A stretch of DNA of 63,252 nucleotides, the filler included, from Chrysochromulina tobinii (lineage: Eukaryota): the NCBI GenBank assembly GCA_001275005.1. It is 5 parts of 5 records of this genome, joined end to end, with 100 filler letters (N's around TTAATTAATTAA, not from the genome) between each part and the next. Parts side by side here need not be neighbours in the genome. Positions count along the whole stretch, not along the records: positions 1 to 8,493 come from JWZX01000426.1; positions 8,594 to 27,684 come from JWZX01000427.1; 3 more parts are not named here. One strand, given 5' to 3'. Of the stretch, positions 1 through 10,476 are shown piece by piece (the first letter of the stretch is position 1; every line of letters begins with the position of its first letter). Both the position numbers and the translations under genes were made by a program. The notes below the pieces were generated by a model. The model had not been told where the DNA came from. It saw only the letters and a list, made by a program, of their open reading frames with translations, and did no database searches.

Positions 1-467
1 GGTGGTGGTGGTGGTGGTGGTGGTGACGACAGCGATGATCTCTGCACGATCACTGTCGTCGGTGCCGTCGGTGCCGTCGATGCAGGTGGTTCAACCGCTG
101 TCGGCAGTTGCGACGTGGCACTTGACACGTGAGGTGCATCTGGCTGGACTGCTAATCCTCCACCACGTCCACCGCGCCCGCCTCGGCCACCTCGACCGCC
201 TCGGCCACCTCGACCGCCACGGCCGCCGCGTCCAGCCTGCGAGATTGCGGCCAATGCAGCAAGGAGTCCACGGCTAATGTTGATGCGGGCACCCGCAGGT
301 ATGACCTCCCTGCACTCTGGACATGAAAACGAAGATGAGGCGTCGGGACGCACGGTCTCGAGGCAGTGCGCACAAAGCTCATGGCTGCCGCCGCAAGGAA
401 TGATCTTGGGCTCGCGTTCACCCTCGTCGAAGGGTTCGAGGCACACGGGACAGTCGAGAGCGCTCAT
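1..467 (-). CDS. RING-HC (C3HC4) zinc-finger protein with RGG box; 3' end runs off the window
   Basis: Manual minus-strand translation from ATG 467 (in-frame TAG upstream): MSALDCPVCLEPFDEGEREPKIIPCGGSHELCAHCLETVRPDASSSFSCPECREVIP...GRGGRGGRGGRGGRGG...PPPP. Absent from the ORF track because no stop falls inside the window. Confidence 0.85.
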   Translation of the reverse strand, partial: MSALDCPVCLEPFDEGEREPKIIPCGGSHELCAHCLETVRPDASSSFSCPECREVIPAGARINISRGLLAALAAISQAGRGGRGGRGGRGGRGGRGGRGGRGGGLAVQPDAPHVSSATSQLPTAVEPPASTAPTAPTTVIVQRSSLSSPPPPPPP

Positions 468-821
468 GCCCTCGTCTGCTGTGTCGCCCGGGCTTGCACC
501 CACACTGCTAGCCCGGCACGAGGACCAGGTCTAGCTCGCGACACACCGACGACCGCGCGTCCGCGGTGACTCCAGGCCGAGCCGAGCCGGAAGCTGTGAA
601 CACGCGCGCGCTGTGCTGGTGGCTTCTTCAATAGCTCACCCGCAAACCACATGAGCGATGCGGTTTCGGATGGTGGGCGCTCGGCGGCGGCTCTAAGTTC
701 ACTGGGCGATGGGCTTTCAAGTTTTGCCCTAATCCTGAACAGTTTGTGTGGTTTTGTAATACGATGCCGGAACTCGCAAAAACGCACTCAGACCGCTTCT
801 GTGACCTTCGCTTTCTGAGCC

Positions 822-3389
822 ATGCGGAGTCGAGCCAAGCAGCCTTCGACCGAGGATGCTGCCGAGGTGCGATACTCCGAGCTCCTCGAGAAGAGCCTGG
901 GCAAGATCACCCTAGCCATGCACGGGGCCGTGGACAACTGCATTTCAGCGATGCACCGCGACAAATTGAGCGATGTGGAACTCTATGCACTTACCGGCAG
1001 CGTGCACAGCACGTTCGAGACGCTCGCGCGCAACGTTGCCCAAGAGCTCGAAAATGTCATCGAGGCCGCGCAACAGAGTTCGCGGCAGGCGTTGAAGGCG
1101 CAGGCGGTGACTTTTGCTTTGAAGCTGGAAACGTCGCGGACGGCGGCGGCGGTGACGCTCGAGGCGCGGGCGACTGAGTTGGAAGCGGATATGCACCGCA
1201 AGCTCGAGGAAGCGCTCTTGGCGATGGCCGAAGGTTCGCTGCTCACGCAGACGCACGCCGAGCTTGAGGCGGTGCGGCAAGAGTTGGCGAAGCTGAAGCT
1301 CAAGAGCAGCAATGTCGACGAGGCTATGGGCGTGCTTAAGGAGATGCTGCGCACAAGCGAGAATACGGCTTCGGACTGGAAGAGCAAGCACGACGCGCTC
1401 GCCGAGACGGAGGCGGCATTGCAGGTGGATTCACATGGGCTGCGGCGAGAGAACCTCGAGGCGCACGCTCAGCTGGACGACGCGCTCACCGAACTTGGGA
1501 TTAAGATCGAGGAGAACATGACGCTATCCGAGCAGATCACGATACTGGTGGCCCAGACGGGCGATGGCGAGGCGGTGCGCCGGGAGCGCGACGCACTCAG
1601 TGAGAAGGCAAGAATGCTGCAGGGTGCCCTCGCCAAGCTGGATGCGGCCCAACAGGAGCGCGCTGCCCAACTCGACGCCGCGAATGCCGAGCTCGTGACG
1701 CTCCGCAGCATGCCGGCCGAGCTCACAAAAGCACGTGTGCAGCTGGCCGAAAGGCATAGGGAGTTGACGCAGGCGGAGGCGCGGCACCATGCGGTTGCGG
1801 CAGAGCTGGTGGAAATGCGGCGCGCTGCTGGCGGTGAAGGCCAGCGGCTTGAGCAGCTTCAAACAATGACGGGTAACTTATGGGGCATCATCAACAGTGC
1901 CATGGCCTCGCTAGAGGACGGATTCAAGCGGCTCGGGCTGAACGCGCCCGCGCCCGGAAGCAAGGGTAAAGCGGGCCGCACGGTGCAGATACGGGAGCCA
2001 TTCGAAGGGGAAGGCGATCCTGCGGAGGCCCCCCCGAATCTGGAGGCGCGCGTGGAGGTGCTGACGTCGTATTGCGTGACCATGATGGCCACTCTCGAGC
2101 AAAGTATGGCGGACCTCGCCGCCTCGCGCACCGCACACGCCGAGCTCGAGCAGCGTAACAAGGCGCTCTCAGCCACGTGCGCTAGGCACGAGCGCGCGGC
2201 GACGGACCTCAGCCAGCAGCTCGTCGAGAGGCAGTCCAAGCTCGACGAGGTGCAGAAGAAGCTCGACGCGGCCACGGCGGGTGGCGCAGGGCTCAACTCA
2301 AAGCTCGCGTTTGGAAAGGCGGAGGTGGCCAAGCTGCGTATGGAGATGCGCCTCTGCTGCACCAAGCTGGACGCTGTGCTGCCTCCTGCTGACGGCGCAG
2401 CTGCGGCCGCCGGCAGGCAGGCCGCGGCGGACGCGGCAGCGGATGGGATAGCGGACGACGACGAGTCGTGGCCCCCCGCGGAGCTCGCGCGCCGTGTGGA
2501 ACAGGTGGTGCTGCTGCTCGGACAGGTGCGCACAGACCTGGCGTTGACGGCTGACGCGCTTGGGGCAGCACGAAGCGCCTTCAAGGCACTGCAAACGCAA
2601 ATGGGCTCCGCTGACGATATTGGCAACGCAAAGGTGGCGCAGGTCAAGCTTGAGGAGCAGCAGAAGCGCGCAGCCCTCGTCACGAGTGCCCTAGAGTCGC
2701 TGCGCCATCTGCGCTCGCATCTCATCAAGGCGCTGAGTGGACTGCGCGAGGTACCTGGCTCGGAGGGAGACGGGCACAAGCGTCCGAAAACCGCCCCTGG
2801 CAAGGAGATGCCGCCAAAGGAGCTGACGGCGACGGCCTTCGAGCCGCAGCCCGAATACTGGCAAGTTCGAGGGCTTCCCAACGAAATGGTCATCCGCGTG
2901 GAGCTACCTCAGCTGAGTTACAGCAAGACGGCGCACCAGCAGCGGAAGCGCGTGGTACGTGGCCTCTCATTCGAGGCACAGGGCAGCTGCCCGCGCTCGC
3001 CCTTCGAGACGGCAGCGGCGACGGCAGCGCCACACTCGGCGCGCGCGGCGGTCGGGGGCGGCCATCTGAGGCTTGCGAGGAACCCCCTCGCACTGGCTGA
3101 AAAGGACGACCTCGCCGCACCAGCGCCGCTGGGGCGCGATGATGCGGTCGCTCTCCGCAGCATCAAGGACGCCGCAGCGCCACGTCCACCGACAACGCCT
3201 CGTGTCAGTCGTGAGCTGCCTGCGTCGATGATGCTGCGGCCGGCGACGACTGGCGCGATGATGCCCCGGCCAGCGACGACTGGTGTCCTGCTGTTGCACG
3301 CCGGGCTCTCGGATGGTGAAAGCACTGAGGGTGTTCCGGCACGCGGTGATCGCGTTACCCTTCTCTGTGAACGAAAGATCAGTGCGTAG
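822..3389 (+). CDS. Long coiled-coil protein of unknown function (855 aa)
   Basis: Uninterrupted ORF with GC3-rich codons and heptad-like E/L/A/K-rich sequence over about 640 aa, then a disordered tail. Confidence 0.8.
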   Translation: MRSRAKQPSTEDAAEVRYSELLEKSLGKITLAMHGAVDNCISAMHRDKLSDVELYALTGSVHSTFETLARNVAQELENVIEAAQQSSRQALKAQAVTFALKLETSRTAAAVTLEARATELEADMHRKLEEALLAMAEGSLLTQTHAELEAVRQELAKLKLKSSNVDEAMGVLKEMLRTSENTASDWKSKHDALAETEAALQVDSHGLRRENLEAHAQLDDALTELGIKIEENMTLSEQITILVAQTGDGEAVRRERDALSEKARMLQGALAKLDAAQQERAAQLDAANAELVTLRSMPAELTKARVQLAERHRELTQAEARHHAVAAELVEMRRAAGGEGQRLEQLQTMTGNLWGIINSAMASLEDGFKRLGLNAPAPGSKGKAGRTVQIREPFEGEGDPAEAPPNLEARVEVLTSYCVTMMATLEQSMADLAASRTAHAELEQRNKALSATCARHERAATDLSQQLVERQSKLDEVQKKLDAATAGGAGLNSKLAFGKAEVAKLRMEMRLCCTKLDAVLPPADGAAAAAGRQAAADAAADGIADDDESWPPAELARRVEQVVLLLGQVRTDLALTADALGAARSAFKALQTQMGSADDIGNAKVAQVKLEEQQKRAALVTSALESLRHLRSHLIKALSGLREVPGSEGDGHKRPKTAPGKEMPPKELTATAFEPQPEYWQVRGLPNEMVIRVELPQLSYSKTAHQQRKRVVRGLSFEAQGSCPRSPFETAAATAAPHSARAAVGGGHLRLARNPLALAEKDDLAAPAPLGRDDAVALRSIKDAAAPRPPTTPRVSRELPASMMLRPATTGAMMPRPATTGVLLLHAGLSDGESTEGVPARGDRVTLLCERKISA

Positions 3390-3541
3390 TGGGTGCTGGG
3401 TCGTCTCAGCTGTTCAAATACAATAAAAAGTGGAAAGCAAAGGGGATGCTTCTTCGTTGTGAGGCTCCAGGAGGGGTGAGGCCGACAGTGGAGGGGCGGA
3501 CCGTTCCCATACACGACGCGCAACGAGCACTGGCAACGACA

Positions 3542-3703
3542 TTGACCCAAAGGGGTAGGGGGAGGTATTCTTTCTGGATTCACACACTACCCCCACCACC
3601 AGATTTTGAACTCAGTGATTGACCCAAAGGGGTAGGGGTTTTTTTTTCTGGATTCAGGCATTCACAGTTTCACACACTATCCCCACCACCTGATTTTGAA
3701 CTC
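3542..3703. repeat. Imperfect tandem duplication of an ~80-nt G-tract/C-tract intergenic unit
   Basis: TTGACCCAAAGGGGTAGGGG...TTCTGGATTCA...CACACACTA(C/T)CCCCACCACC(A/T)GATTTTGAACTC occurs twice. Confidence 0.8.
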
Positions 3704-3925
3704 GCGAGAAGATCACGAGGGGAAATGAGCTTTTCGCATGCGCAATCGCACTGCATCCATGAAATTCTCGAATCCAGCCAATCCTTACGAATATTCTGTC
3801 GAGCGTAAAAGTGTGTGTCGACGAGCGCTGTTGTGGGCGGCCGGGGGATCGGCCGATTGCGTTCGAAGGTCCCTTCTTCCGTCATATCCGGCCGCCATTT
3901 GCGAGTTCTTGACCAGCGCCCCACA

Positions 3926-4290
3926 ATGCCCAATCGAGCAGTCCTGCTCTGCACCATTATTCCACTGTGCGTGCGCTCATTCGGGCGCACAACGTACGAG
4001 CCCGTCGACGCCTCTTCCGTGGCTTTGACCGCCGTGGTCAGCATGCCCAGCAGCCGCTTCGGCAGCCTGCTTCTGGTGCACGTGCCGCAAGGCACCATGC
4101 TATTGGCAACGAGAGCGATCGAGCTCCCGACCTATCCGTCCGACTTTCCGACCAACCAATGCCATGAGGCTGTGTCGCGGGCCAACGTGAGCGCGACCGC
4201 GAGCGAGCAGGCAGCAGCTGCGCTGCGAGGAGACGCTGAGGCTCTGCGTGTTGAGCTAAATCAAAGCCGATCGCAGGTGCAGCAGTGCCA

Positions 4291-4380
<90 letters not shown>

Positions 4381-4447
4381 CGAGCAGCAGGACGAGCAGC
4401 AGCAGCAGGACGAGCAGCAGCAGCAGCAGTGGCGGCAGCCGTGGTAG
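3926..4447 (+). CDS. Hypothetical protein with possible signal peptide, short coiled coil and polyQ tail
   Basis: ATG 3926 MPNRAVLLCTIIPLCVRS; EQAAAALRGDAEALRVELNQSRSQVQQCQE followed by Q28. Confidence 0.5.
4295..4378 (+). repeat. (CAG)28 microsatellite; degenerate CAG/CGG repeats continue to ~4550
   Basis: Direct count of pure CAG units. Confidence 0.95.
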
Positions 4448-4571
4448 CGGCAGCGGCAGCGGCAGCAGTGGCGGCTGCAGCGGCAGCGGCAGCGGTAGCA
4501 AGGGCAGCGGCGGCAGCTAGGGCAGCGGCGGCAGCAAGGGCAGCGGCGGATCGCCCGACTTGGGTGCTTTG

Positions 4572-5027
4572 TCAGCTGCATACCGGCTCCTCCATGGCCT
4601 CCAGCTGCTCTTGGGTCAGCGGCGGTGGTGGCTCGATGATGGTGTTCGGCGCCCAAGCAGCCGTTGGTCGACGCTCCAGCACTGCGGGCTTTGACCCGCC
4701 TAGCTTGGACGGCAACGCTGCTGCTGCGCCCTTCGCAGCAGGGCGCTCCTTTGGCGCCGACTGAGCCCGCGCCTTTGACGCGTCTGCATTCACGCCAGTC
4801 GGCGTCGAAATCTTTGCACTAAAGGTGACCTTGGCAGTCTCGCTCAGCTTCTTCGTCGCGTCGTCAGCAAGCTTGCCTAGAGATTCGGTGCTTGAGCCAG
4901 CACCCTGTGACTGCTGCGGTTTTCGTTGACCCTGTAGCGCTGCCAGAGTGGCTTCGGCCTCCTTCTGCAGTGCTTCAGCCGAGCTGGCTGCTTTCGCTGG
5001 CTGCTTTCCCGCACCAACCGGAGGCAT
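4572..5027 (-). CDS. Hypothetical A/K-rich protein (~151 aa)
   Basis: ATG 5027 MPPVGAGKQPAKAASSAEALQKEAEATLAALQG...; natural-looking composition, no recognised domain. A possible GTATGC donor lies near the end. Confidence 0.5.
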   Translation of the reverse strand: MPPVGAGKQPAKAASSAEALQKEAEATLAALQGQRKPQQSQGAGSSTESLGKLADDATKKLSETAKVTFSAKISTPTGVNADASKARAQSAPKERPAAKGAAAALPSKLGGSKPAVLERRPTAAWAPNTIIEPPPPLTQEQLEAMEEPVCS

Positions 5028-5291
5028 GGTCCGGCGGGTCTCTGGTCCTTGTGTGGACGACCCTACCACTTTCAGGTGGAGGAGTTGAGGATCATGTTGG
5101 TTTCCAAACGAATGCAAATTGGTGCTGAATGTCCCGAACTCTTTGGTGGAACCTGAATTTCGCACGTAAAAAATGCCAGACCCCGTGCGCAAGCTGTTCC
5201 CAAACTGTGAAGACGCAATTTCACAGCCAATGTTTATAATTCGACACCTTTCACAGCGAATATGGGGGTGGTCGAGGCCGAGACCGACGGC

Positions 5292-5501
5292 ATGGGCAGA
5301 AAAAAGAAGCATAAGCATTCGAATCGAGGGCGTGACAACAACCTTGAGGGCGTGCAGAGGATCCAGAACAAAGAGAGCAAGCAGATATTGAAGACAGCGG
5401 CGAATGCAGTGGTGGAGTTTGATCGCGTCATGCAGAAGAAGGTGGCCACAGCAATCCTGTTGAATCGCCCTCACGACATCGATTCGCTGCTCATGCTTTG
5501 A
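5292..5501 (+). CDS. Small basic hypothetical protein (69 aa)
   Basis: MGRKKKHKHSNRGRDNNLEGVQRIQNKESKQILKTAANAVVEFDRVMQKK...; divergent from the 5027 gene. Confidence 0.5.
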   Translation: MGRKKKHKHSNRGRDNNLEGVQRIQNKESKQILKTAANAVVEFDRVMQKKVATAILLNRPHDIDSLLML

Positions 5502-6544
5502 CCCGCTGCGGCCGGCTCCAGGCGCGTCGGAGGACGGCGCTGCTCACCATCTCTCCATTTGCCATCGACCTGAGCGCCCCTTTCGCCGCGCGCCTTGACG
5601 CGCGCGCGCTACGGAGGAGATGCGCTCGGACTCCCAAGTCGGGCCAGCTCGTGCCCGCGCAGCACGGATCGATGGCGCGGAGTGCGCGCGCGTGCTGTGC
5701 AGGTGCGGCGGCGAAGGCGCCGACGAAGCGCGCCGCGCGGCGCAACCGGCGCCGAATGTGGTGCCTCGGCCTGCGGTTTGACACCCACGGAGGAGGCGGC
5801 GGCGGTGGTGATGGAAGCTACTTGTGCTCGACAGCGTCGTCATGCGACGGTGTCGAGTGCGTCTTTGCGTTCCCCACGGGGGCGCGCGCCATCGGGCGCG
5901 TCGGTGCACGCAGGTTCTATGCCGCCGGCGTCTCCAACGCCGCCCCGACGGGCACGGAAGCAAGGAAGCGTCGGCGCATTGCAAGGCGATGTGGAGCGGC
6001 ATCCGAGCAGAACCGGGGGAGGCGACGATGGCGCCATTGTCTCCACGCGTCGCCCCCCGCCATCTAGTCTCCACGCGCCGCGTTCCGCCATCGTCGCCTC
6101 CCCGCCTGGTGTGTGTGCGTAACCCACAGAGGCTGCCTCGCACAGATGCCGGCCCCGCCGCGTGCGCCGCAGGCCTGCGCCCGCCGCCGATTCGCCCGGC
6201 TGCGTGGGAGGCGTCCGTAGGTGGCGTCCGCGGTTTCCGCTGATCGGGTCCGGGTGCGTGTGTTCCGCGGGCTTCTTCGAGCGCGACGCGCCGCGGGAGA
6301 GGGGACGAGTACGTGGTTCGTGTTGACGTGCGGTCGTGACTTAGTCGCGAGTCGGTCCATTTCAGAAGCGTAAGTTACCGACTGTTCAAAGAGTTCAAAT
6401 GAGCCGACACAGCGCCGCGGGACGGAACACCAGCCCTTGGCCTTTGGCCCCCTAAGAAATGCGAGGCTCCCTCGCCGCCTCCGCCCTCGCCCTCGCCGCC
6501 GTCGCCCTCTCCTGGGCTCGATGCCTGATTAGATCGCTCTCGGC

Positions 6545-8161
6545 TCATTTCTTTGCTTTGATGCGCGCATTCGCCAGGCGCGCATGCACCTTCTGAAGCG
6601 TGAGCTCAGGTATGGATTCGGCGGCGAGCAGTTTTTGAAGGATGGCGGTTCCTTTCGCAGCTCTCAGGCCGCCGAGCTCTTCGACGGCGGCGTTGAAGCT
6701 CTGGACGAGCGCGGGGGACCACCAGAAGCGGCCGCGCTTCTCAGCCGTCTCCTGTTTCATGTGAAACGTCTTGTCGAGATTCCCGAAGCCCAGCACTCGG
6801 CCGCAGTGCTCCATCGCGTCCTCGGCGCTGACGCCATCCAGCTCGCCCTCTGCCACGCCGCTCAGTCCCAGCTCCTCGCGCCCTCGCGCCTCGCAGCTCG
6901 CGTTGCCGCCCGCCACCGGATTCAGGTAGCCGCGGAACGTCGACGACGCCAGCGCGAGCGCCTCGAGCCGCTCCGTCGGGATCGGCGTGCCAGCGAGCAT
7001 GGCGGCCAGGTCGAAGGCGCCAAGCAAGCGCGTCTTCTCGTCCAGGTCGTGGAGCAGCACCGCGTGCCCGGTGCGCGCCGCCGCGACCACGCCCTGCTCC
7101 TCGCCCAGCATCGCCGCCGTCCACTCCACCTCTTTGTTGCCGATCGGCGTCTCGATGACGTCGTGGAGCACCGCCGAGCGCTTGCCCAGCTTCACCGCCC
7201 AGCGCTTGATGCAGCCGCGCCACGCCTCGTAGCTGTACACGCCCATGGCGACCGTGGCGCGCACGCCGAGGACGTTCACGAAGAACTCCAGCATGGCGTG
7301 CGCTGCTTCGAAGGCGCCCTCGAGCGGCGCGAGGACGTTGCCCTGGAGTCTGATCGGCTGCGCCTCCTCGAACGGCACGATTTGGGCGTATGTGTCGCCG
7401 AAGCCGACGCCGTCCGCGTACGGGCCGAGGGCGAGCAGCATGGCACGGATGATCTCACCCGTAGAGCCTAGCGGATGCGCCGCCCAGTCGTCGCCGTCGA
7501 CGAGCGCGAGCTCGGGCATGTCCTCGCCCTGTGCCGCCGCCGCCGCGTTGATCTTCGCGATGCACGCCTCGAGCGTGTGCGTCGGTGCGCCGGCCGGCGC
7601 CTTGCAAACTCCTTCCTCCGTCGGCTCCTTGGCGCATACCAGTAGAGGCGTGTCGTCGCCATCGCGAAAGGCGCGTAGCCCCGCTGTCAGCGCAGCAAAG
7701 AGCTTCTGGTCCTTGTAGAAGGCGAGTCCGCGGAGAGCGTCGAGCAGCTCCTCGAGCGCGAGCCGCTTCTGCTCCACGGTCGACGAGGGCGGCGTGCCAC
7801 GAACACCGAGCCCGGCGACGAGCGGGGCGATCTCTGCCTCCGTCCAGCCCGCCTCCTGGAGCTGGCTCGAAACCGAGGCGCGCAGGCGCGCCAGCTTGAC
7901 CTCGTGCGGGTCACGCCACGAAAATGTGACGGCGACGCTCTCAGCGTCCCCGCCGGCGCCGGCCGCGACGCCCTGCGATGGCTGTGCGGCGTCTGAAATC
8001 GTAGCGCGACCGCTGGCCTCCGCTGTCGGGGCATCTTTGCCGCGGGATCGTCTGGGCCGGTCCCCACCACCCTTGGGCAACGCCGTCTTGCCGGGCAGGT
8101 CCTCGGACTTGTCGTCTTCGACCTTGCGGGGGTCGCTGCGTGGGCGCTTCTTCGTCGACAT
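6545..8161 (-). CDS. 538-aa protein with C-terminal divergent GARP/SHAQKYF-type Myb domain and possible UDG-like central domain
   Basis: C-terminus RGRFWWSPALVQSFNAAVEELGGLRAAKGTAILQKLL...ELTLQKVHARLANAR matches the GARP pattern R..WT.ELH..F..AV..LGG...A.P..IL..M....LT...V.SHLQKYR. Confidence 0.75.
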   Translation of the reverse strand: MSTKKRPRSDPRKVEDDKSEDLPGKTALPKGGGDRPRRSRGKDAPTAEASGRATISDAAQPSQGVAAGAGGDAESVAVTFSWRDPHEVKLARLRASVSSQLQEAGWTEAEIAPLVAGLGVRGTPPSSTVEQKRLALEELLDALRGLAFYKDQKLFAALTAGLRAFRDGDDTPLLVCAKEPTEEGVCKAPAGAPTHTLEACIAKINAAAAAQGEDMPELALVDGDDWAAHPLGSTGEIIRAMLLALGPYADGVGFGDTYAQIVPFEEAQPIRLQGNVLAPLEGAFEAAHAMLEFFVNVLGVRATVAMGVYSYEAWRGCIKRWAVKLGKRSAVLHDVIETPIGNKEVEWTAAMLGEEQGVVAAARTGHAVLLHDLDEKTRLLGAFDLAAMLAGTPIPTERLEALALASSTFRGYLNPVAGGNASCEARGREELGLSGVAEGELDGVSAEDAMEHCGRVLGFGNLDKTFHMKQETAEKRGRFWWSPALVQSFNAAVEELGGLRAAKGTAILQKLLAAESIPELTLQKVHARLANARIKAKK

Positions 8162-8493
8162 CGGTAGAGGCCGGCGGCGCTTCTGACGCGAGCGCGAGAG
8201 AGCGCCCGCGCGCTCCGTCGGGCGTTTTCATTAAGTGGAAAGCCAAACGACCGTCCTGTCGAATCCCCGCGAAGCCAAGTGAGTCGTGTGCTCGCCTTCC
8301 GCACTTAGCGCCGTTCTGGTCTTTCGTTCGTCGTTCCATGGCGCAATCCTCGAATGCAGGAAACGATGTCGCGCTTTTGCGGCGAGCTCGTGTCCGACCA
8401 TCGACGAAAAGCTCTTGCCCGCAATAGGGTGAGCGGGACGAGCTCGGCATGCGCCGTCAATGGACTCCATTCTGCCGTACGGCTTGCTGGCCT

Positions 8494-8593
8494 NNNNNNN
8501 NNNNNNNNNNNNNNNNNNNNNNNNNNNNNNNNNNNNNTTAATTAATTAANNNNNNNNNNNNNNNNNNNNNNNNNNNNNNNNNNNNNNNNNNNN
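8494..8593. other. Artificial contig linker
   Basis: 44 N + TTAATTAATTAA (stops in all six frames) + 44 N. Confidence 0.99.
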
Positions 8594-9478
8594 GAGACCG
8601 TGCGCCCGCTCGCGAGCCGCATCGAGCTCGTCATGAGCTTGGTGCAGCCGTGCCTCCAAGTCGTGCTGCACGGAGGCCGCCGTGCTCTTATGCATCTCGT
8701 GCCGGCCGGACAGGCGAACAAGCTCCGAGCGCGTGTCCTCGAGCTCGGCGCGGCTGCGCGCGGCCGCCGCACGCTCGGTCGCGGCCGCATTCCTCTGCAC
8801 CTCGAGCTGCGCCTCGAGCTCGTGCAGCTGAGCACGCAACTGCTCCTCGGTCGCTGTCAGCGACGCGATCGTCTGGGGTGCTATGGGCATTGGCTGTGGC
8901 GGCAGCGGCGTCGAGCCAGGCGGTTGCAACCGAGTGCCAGTCGCGGAGGCGCCGAGCGCTGCCGCGGCGGTCGATGCGGTGGAGGTGCTGCCACTCCTGC
9001 CGCGCTGCTGCTGCGGCGGCGCTGGCGGTGGCTCATCCCCAGCCGGCACTGGTTGGGGCTCCTGGCCGCGCGAGCCACCGGTGGCGCTCCCGACGCGGCT
9101 GCTGCTCCCGTTGCCGCTCTTCGGAATGCTCGGCAAGACTGCGCCGCCCAAGCTGCCGGCATCCACCACAGGTGCTCCAGTAGCCTCGATCAGCCGAGGC
9201 CGAGGTACGCGCAGCTCGGCAGCCTCGCGCTGGCTCGACTCGAGCTGCGTCTTCGCGCGCTCGAGGTCCTGCCGAAGCTGGAGGATCTGCATCGCCTGCG
9301 CGCGCTCCTTCTTGTGCAGAGCAGCCATGCTCGCCTCGGCCCACTTAGAGCCACGAGCGATGGCGACCTGCCCAAAGGTGTGCGAGTTCAACTCTGCCGC
9401 GGGCCGCACGTTCTCGCGTGGCGAGTCGACACGTGGCGAGTCGAGCGACTGCGGCTCGAGGGAGAGGGCGGCCGGCAT
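8594..9478 (-). CDS. Coiled-coil protein, 3'-truncated by the contig end
   Basis: Open frame from ATG 9478 to the linker; coiled-coil segments such as QILQLRQDLERAKTQLE and EEQLRAQLHELEAQLE. Confidence 0.7.
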
Positions 9479-9643
9479 CCCACCTTTAAGCCCAACGTCC
9501 CGCACGTCAGGGCGTGGCGCAAGTTTATCGATCTAGAACCCACGAAAAAAGGTCACCTCTAATGAATTGATGGTCGGCACTGTGACCGATCACGTTGTGA
9601 GTTTTCTTGTGCACTTCGCGCCCTGGAGAGTCCCTGGAGGAGA

Positions 9644-10277
9644 ATGAACTTTTACGCCTCTGGTTCTGCGCCAACCGCTTCGGCGAGGCCGGCCGCAGCT
9701 CCAGCACCGTCCAGCGCTGCAGCCTCGGGTGCCTCATCCTCATCGTTTCACAGCCGACAGCAGCAGGAAGATGCTGCACTGCTCACGCTCAACACGCTGC
9801 TGCACGCGATGGTCGGCAAAACACTCGCGATCGATTGCAAGGACGACCGCACTGTCCGCGGCTGCCTCAAGAAGGCAGACAACTACATGAAGTGCGTCGC
9901 CGTTGCCCAGACAGCCCCCTCGCCGAATCAGGCGTCCACCCATATATCCTCAACCCACATCCTCGACCCACGCCTCATGCGGTGCTGGCGTGCTCGTGCG
10001 CAGCCTCCTTCTCACCGACGCCGAGGAGAGCATGCCTGGTGCCGCTGACCAGGTGACTCGCCACGCGACGCTGCGCATAAGCAATTCGTCAATCCGATGC
10101 GTACATCTGCCCGCCGAGACCGACGCGCCAGAGCTCATGATCTCGCGGCTTCGCGCCATTGATCGCGGCCGGCATCGCTTCCGCAAGCGCGTCAAGCTGC
10201 AGCCCAAGGCACGGCCAGAGCGGCACGCACCAATCGTGAGCGCCATCGTTACCGAAGCTGACGCGTATGGCACGTGA
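9644..10277 (+). CDS. LSM10: Sm-like protein, LSm10-like (exons 9644-9891, 10004-10277)
   Basis: Removing GT-AG intron 9892-10003 gives LTLNTLLHAMVGKTLAIDCKDDRTVRGCLKKADNYMNLLLTDAEE...LRISNSSIRCVHLP, with Sm1/Sm2 motifs resembling LSm10 (SL..LL..L.G....VDL.D.....G.....D.FMN..L.....GR.VRYVHIP). Confidence 0.7.
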
Positions 10278-10476
10278 GTTGCTTTTTTGAGCCTTGGGTT
10301 GACTTGGGTTGTCATGACCCATGATCGATGATGAGTTGCGCGCCCCCTTCGACCTTTGTTGAAGTACTGTTGGAGCTTGGAGGTATGTTCGGCGAGGCGG
10401 CGGGAGAAGAGTTCACCGACGTCACGCTGAGCACATCCTCTGTGAACAAAAAACAACTGTGAAACGGCTACCCCCC

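Noticed and set aside
4256..4764. PolyL, polyC and polyA ORFs
   Set aside because: Alternative readings of the CAG microsatellite.
5491..6360. Several overlapping 100-200 aa ORFs
   Set aside because: No frame shows a convincing domain or codon bias; left unannotated.
8494..8593. TTAATTAATTAA palindrome in N-runs (also 27685, 39312, 50038)
   Set aside because: Identical 100-nt synthetic linker with six-frame stops; not biological. Gene neighbourhoods across linkers were not interpreted.
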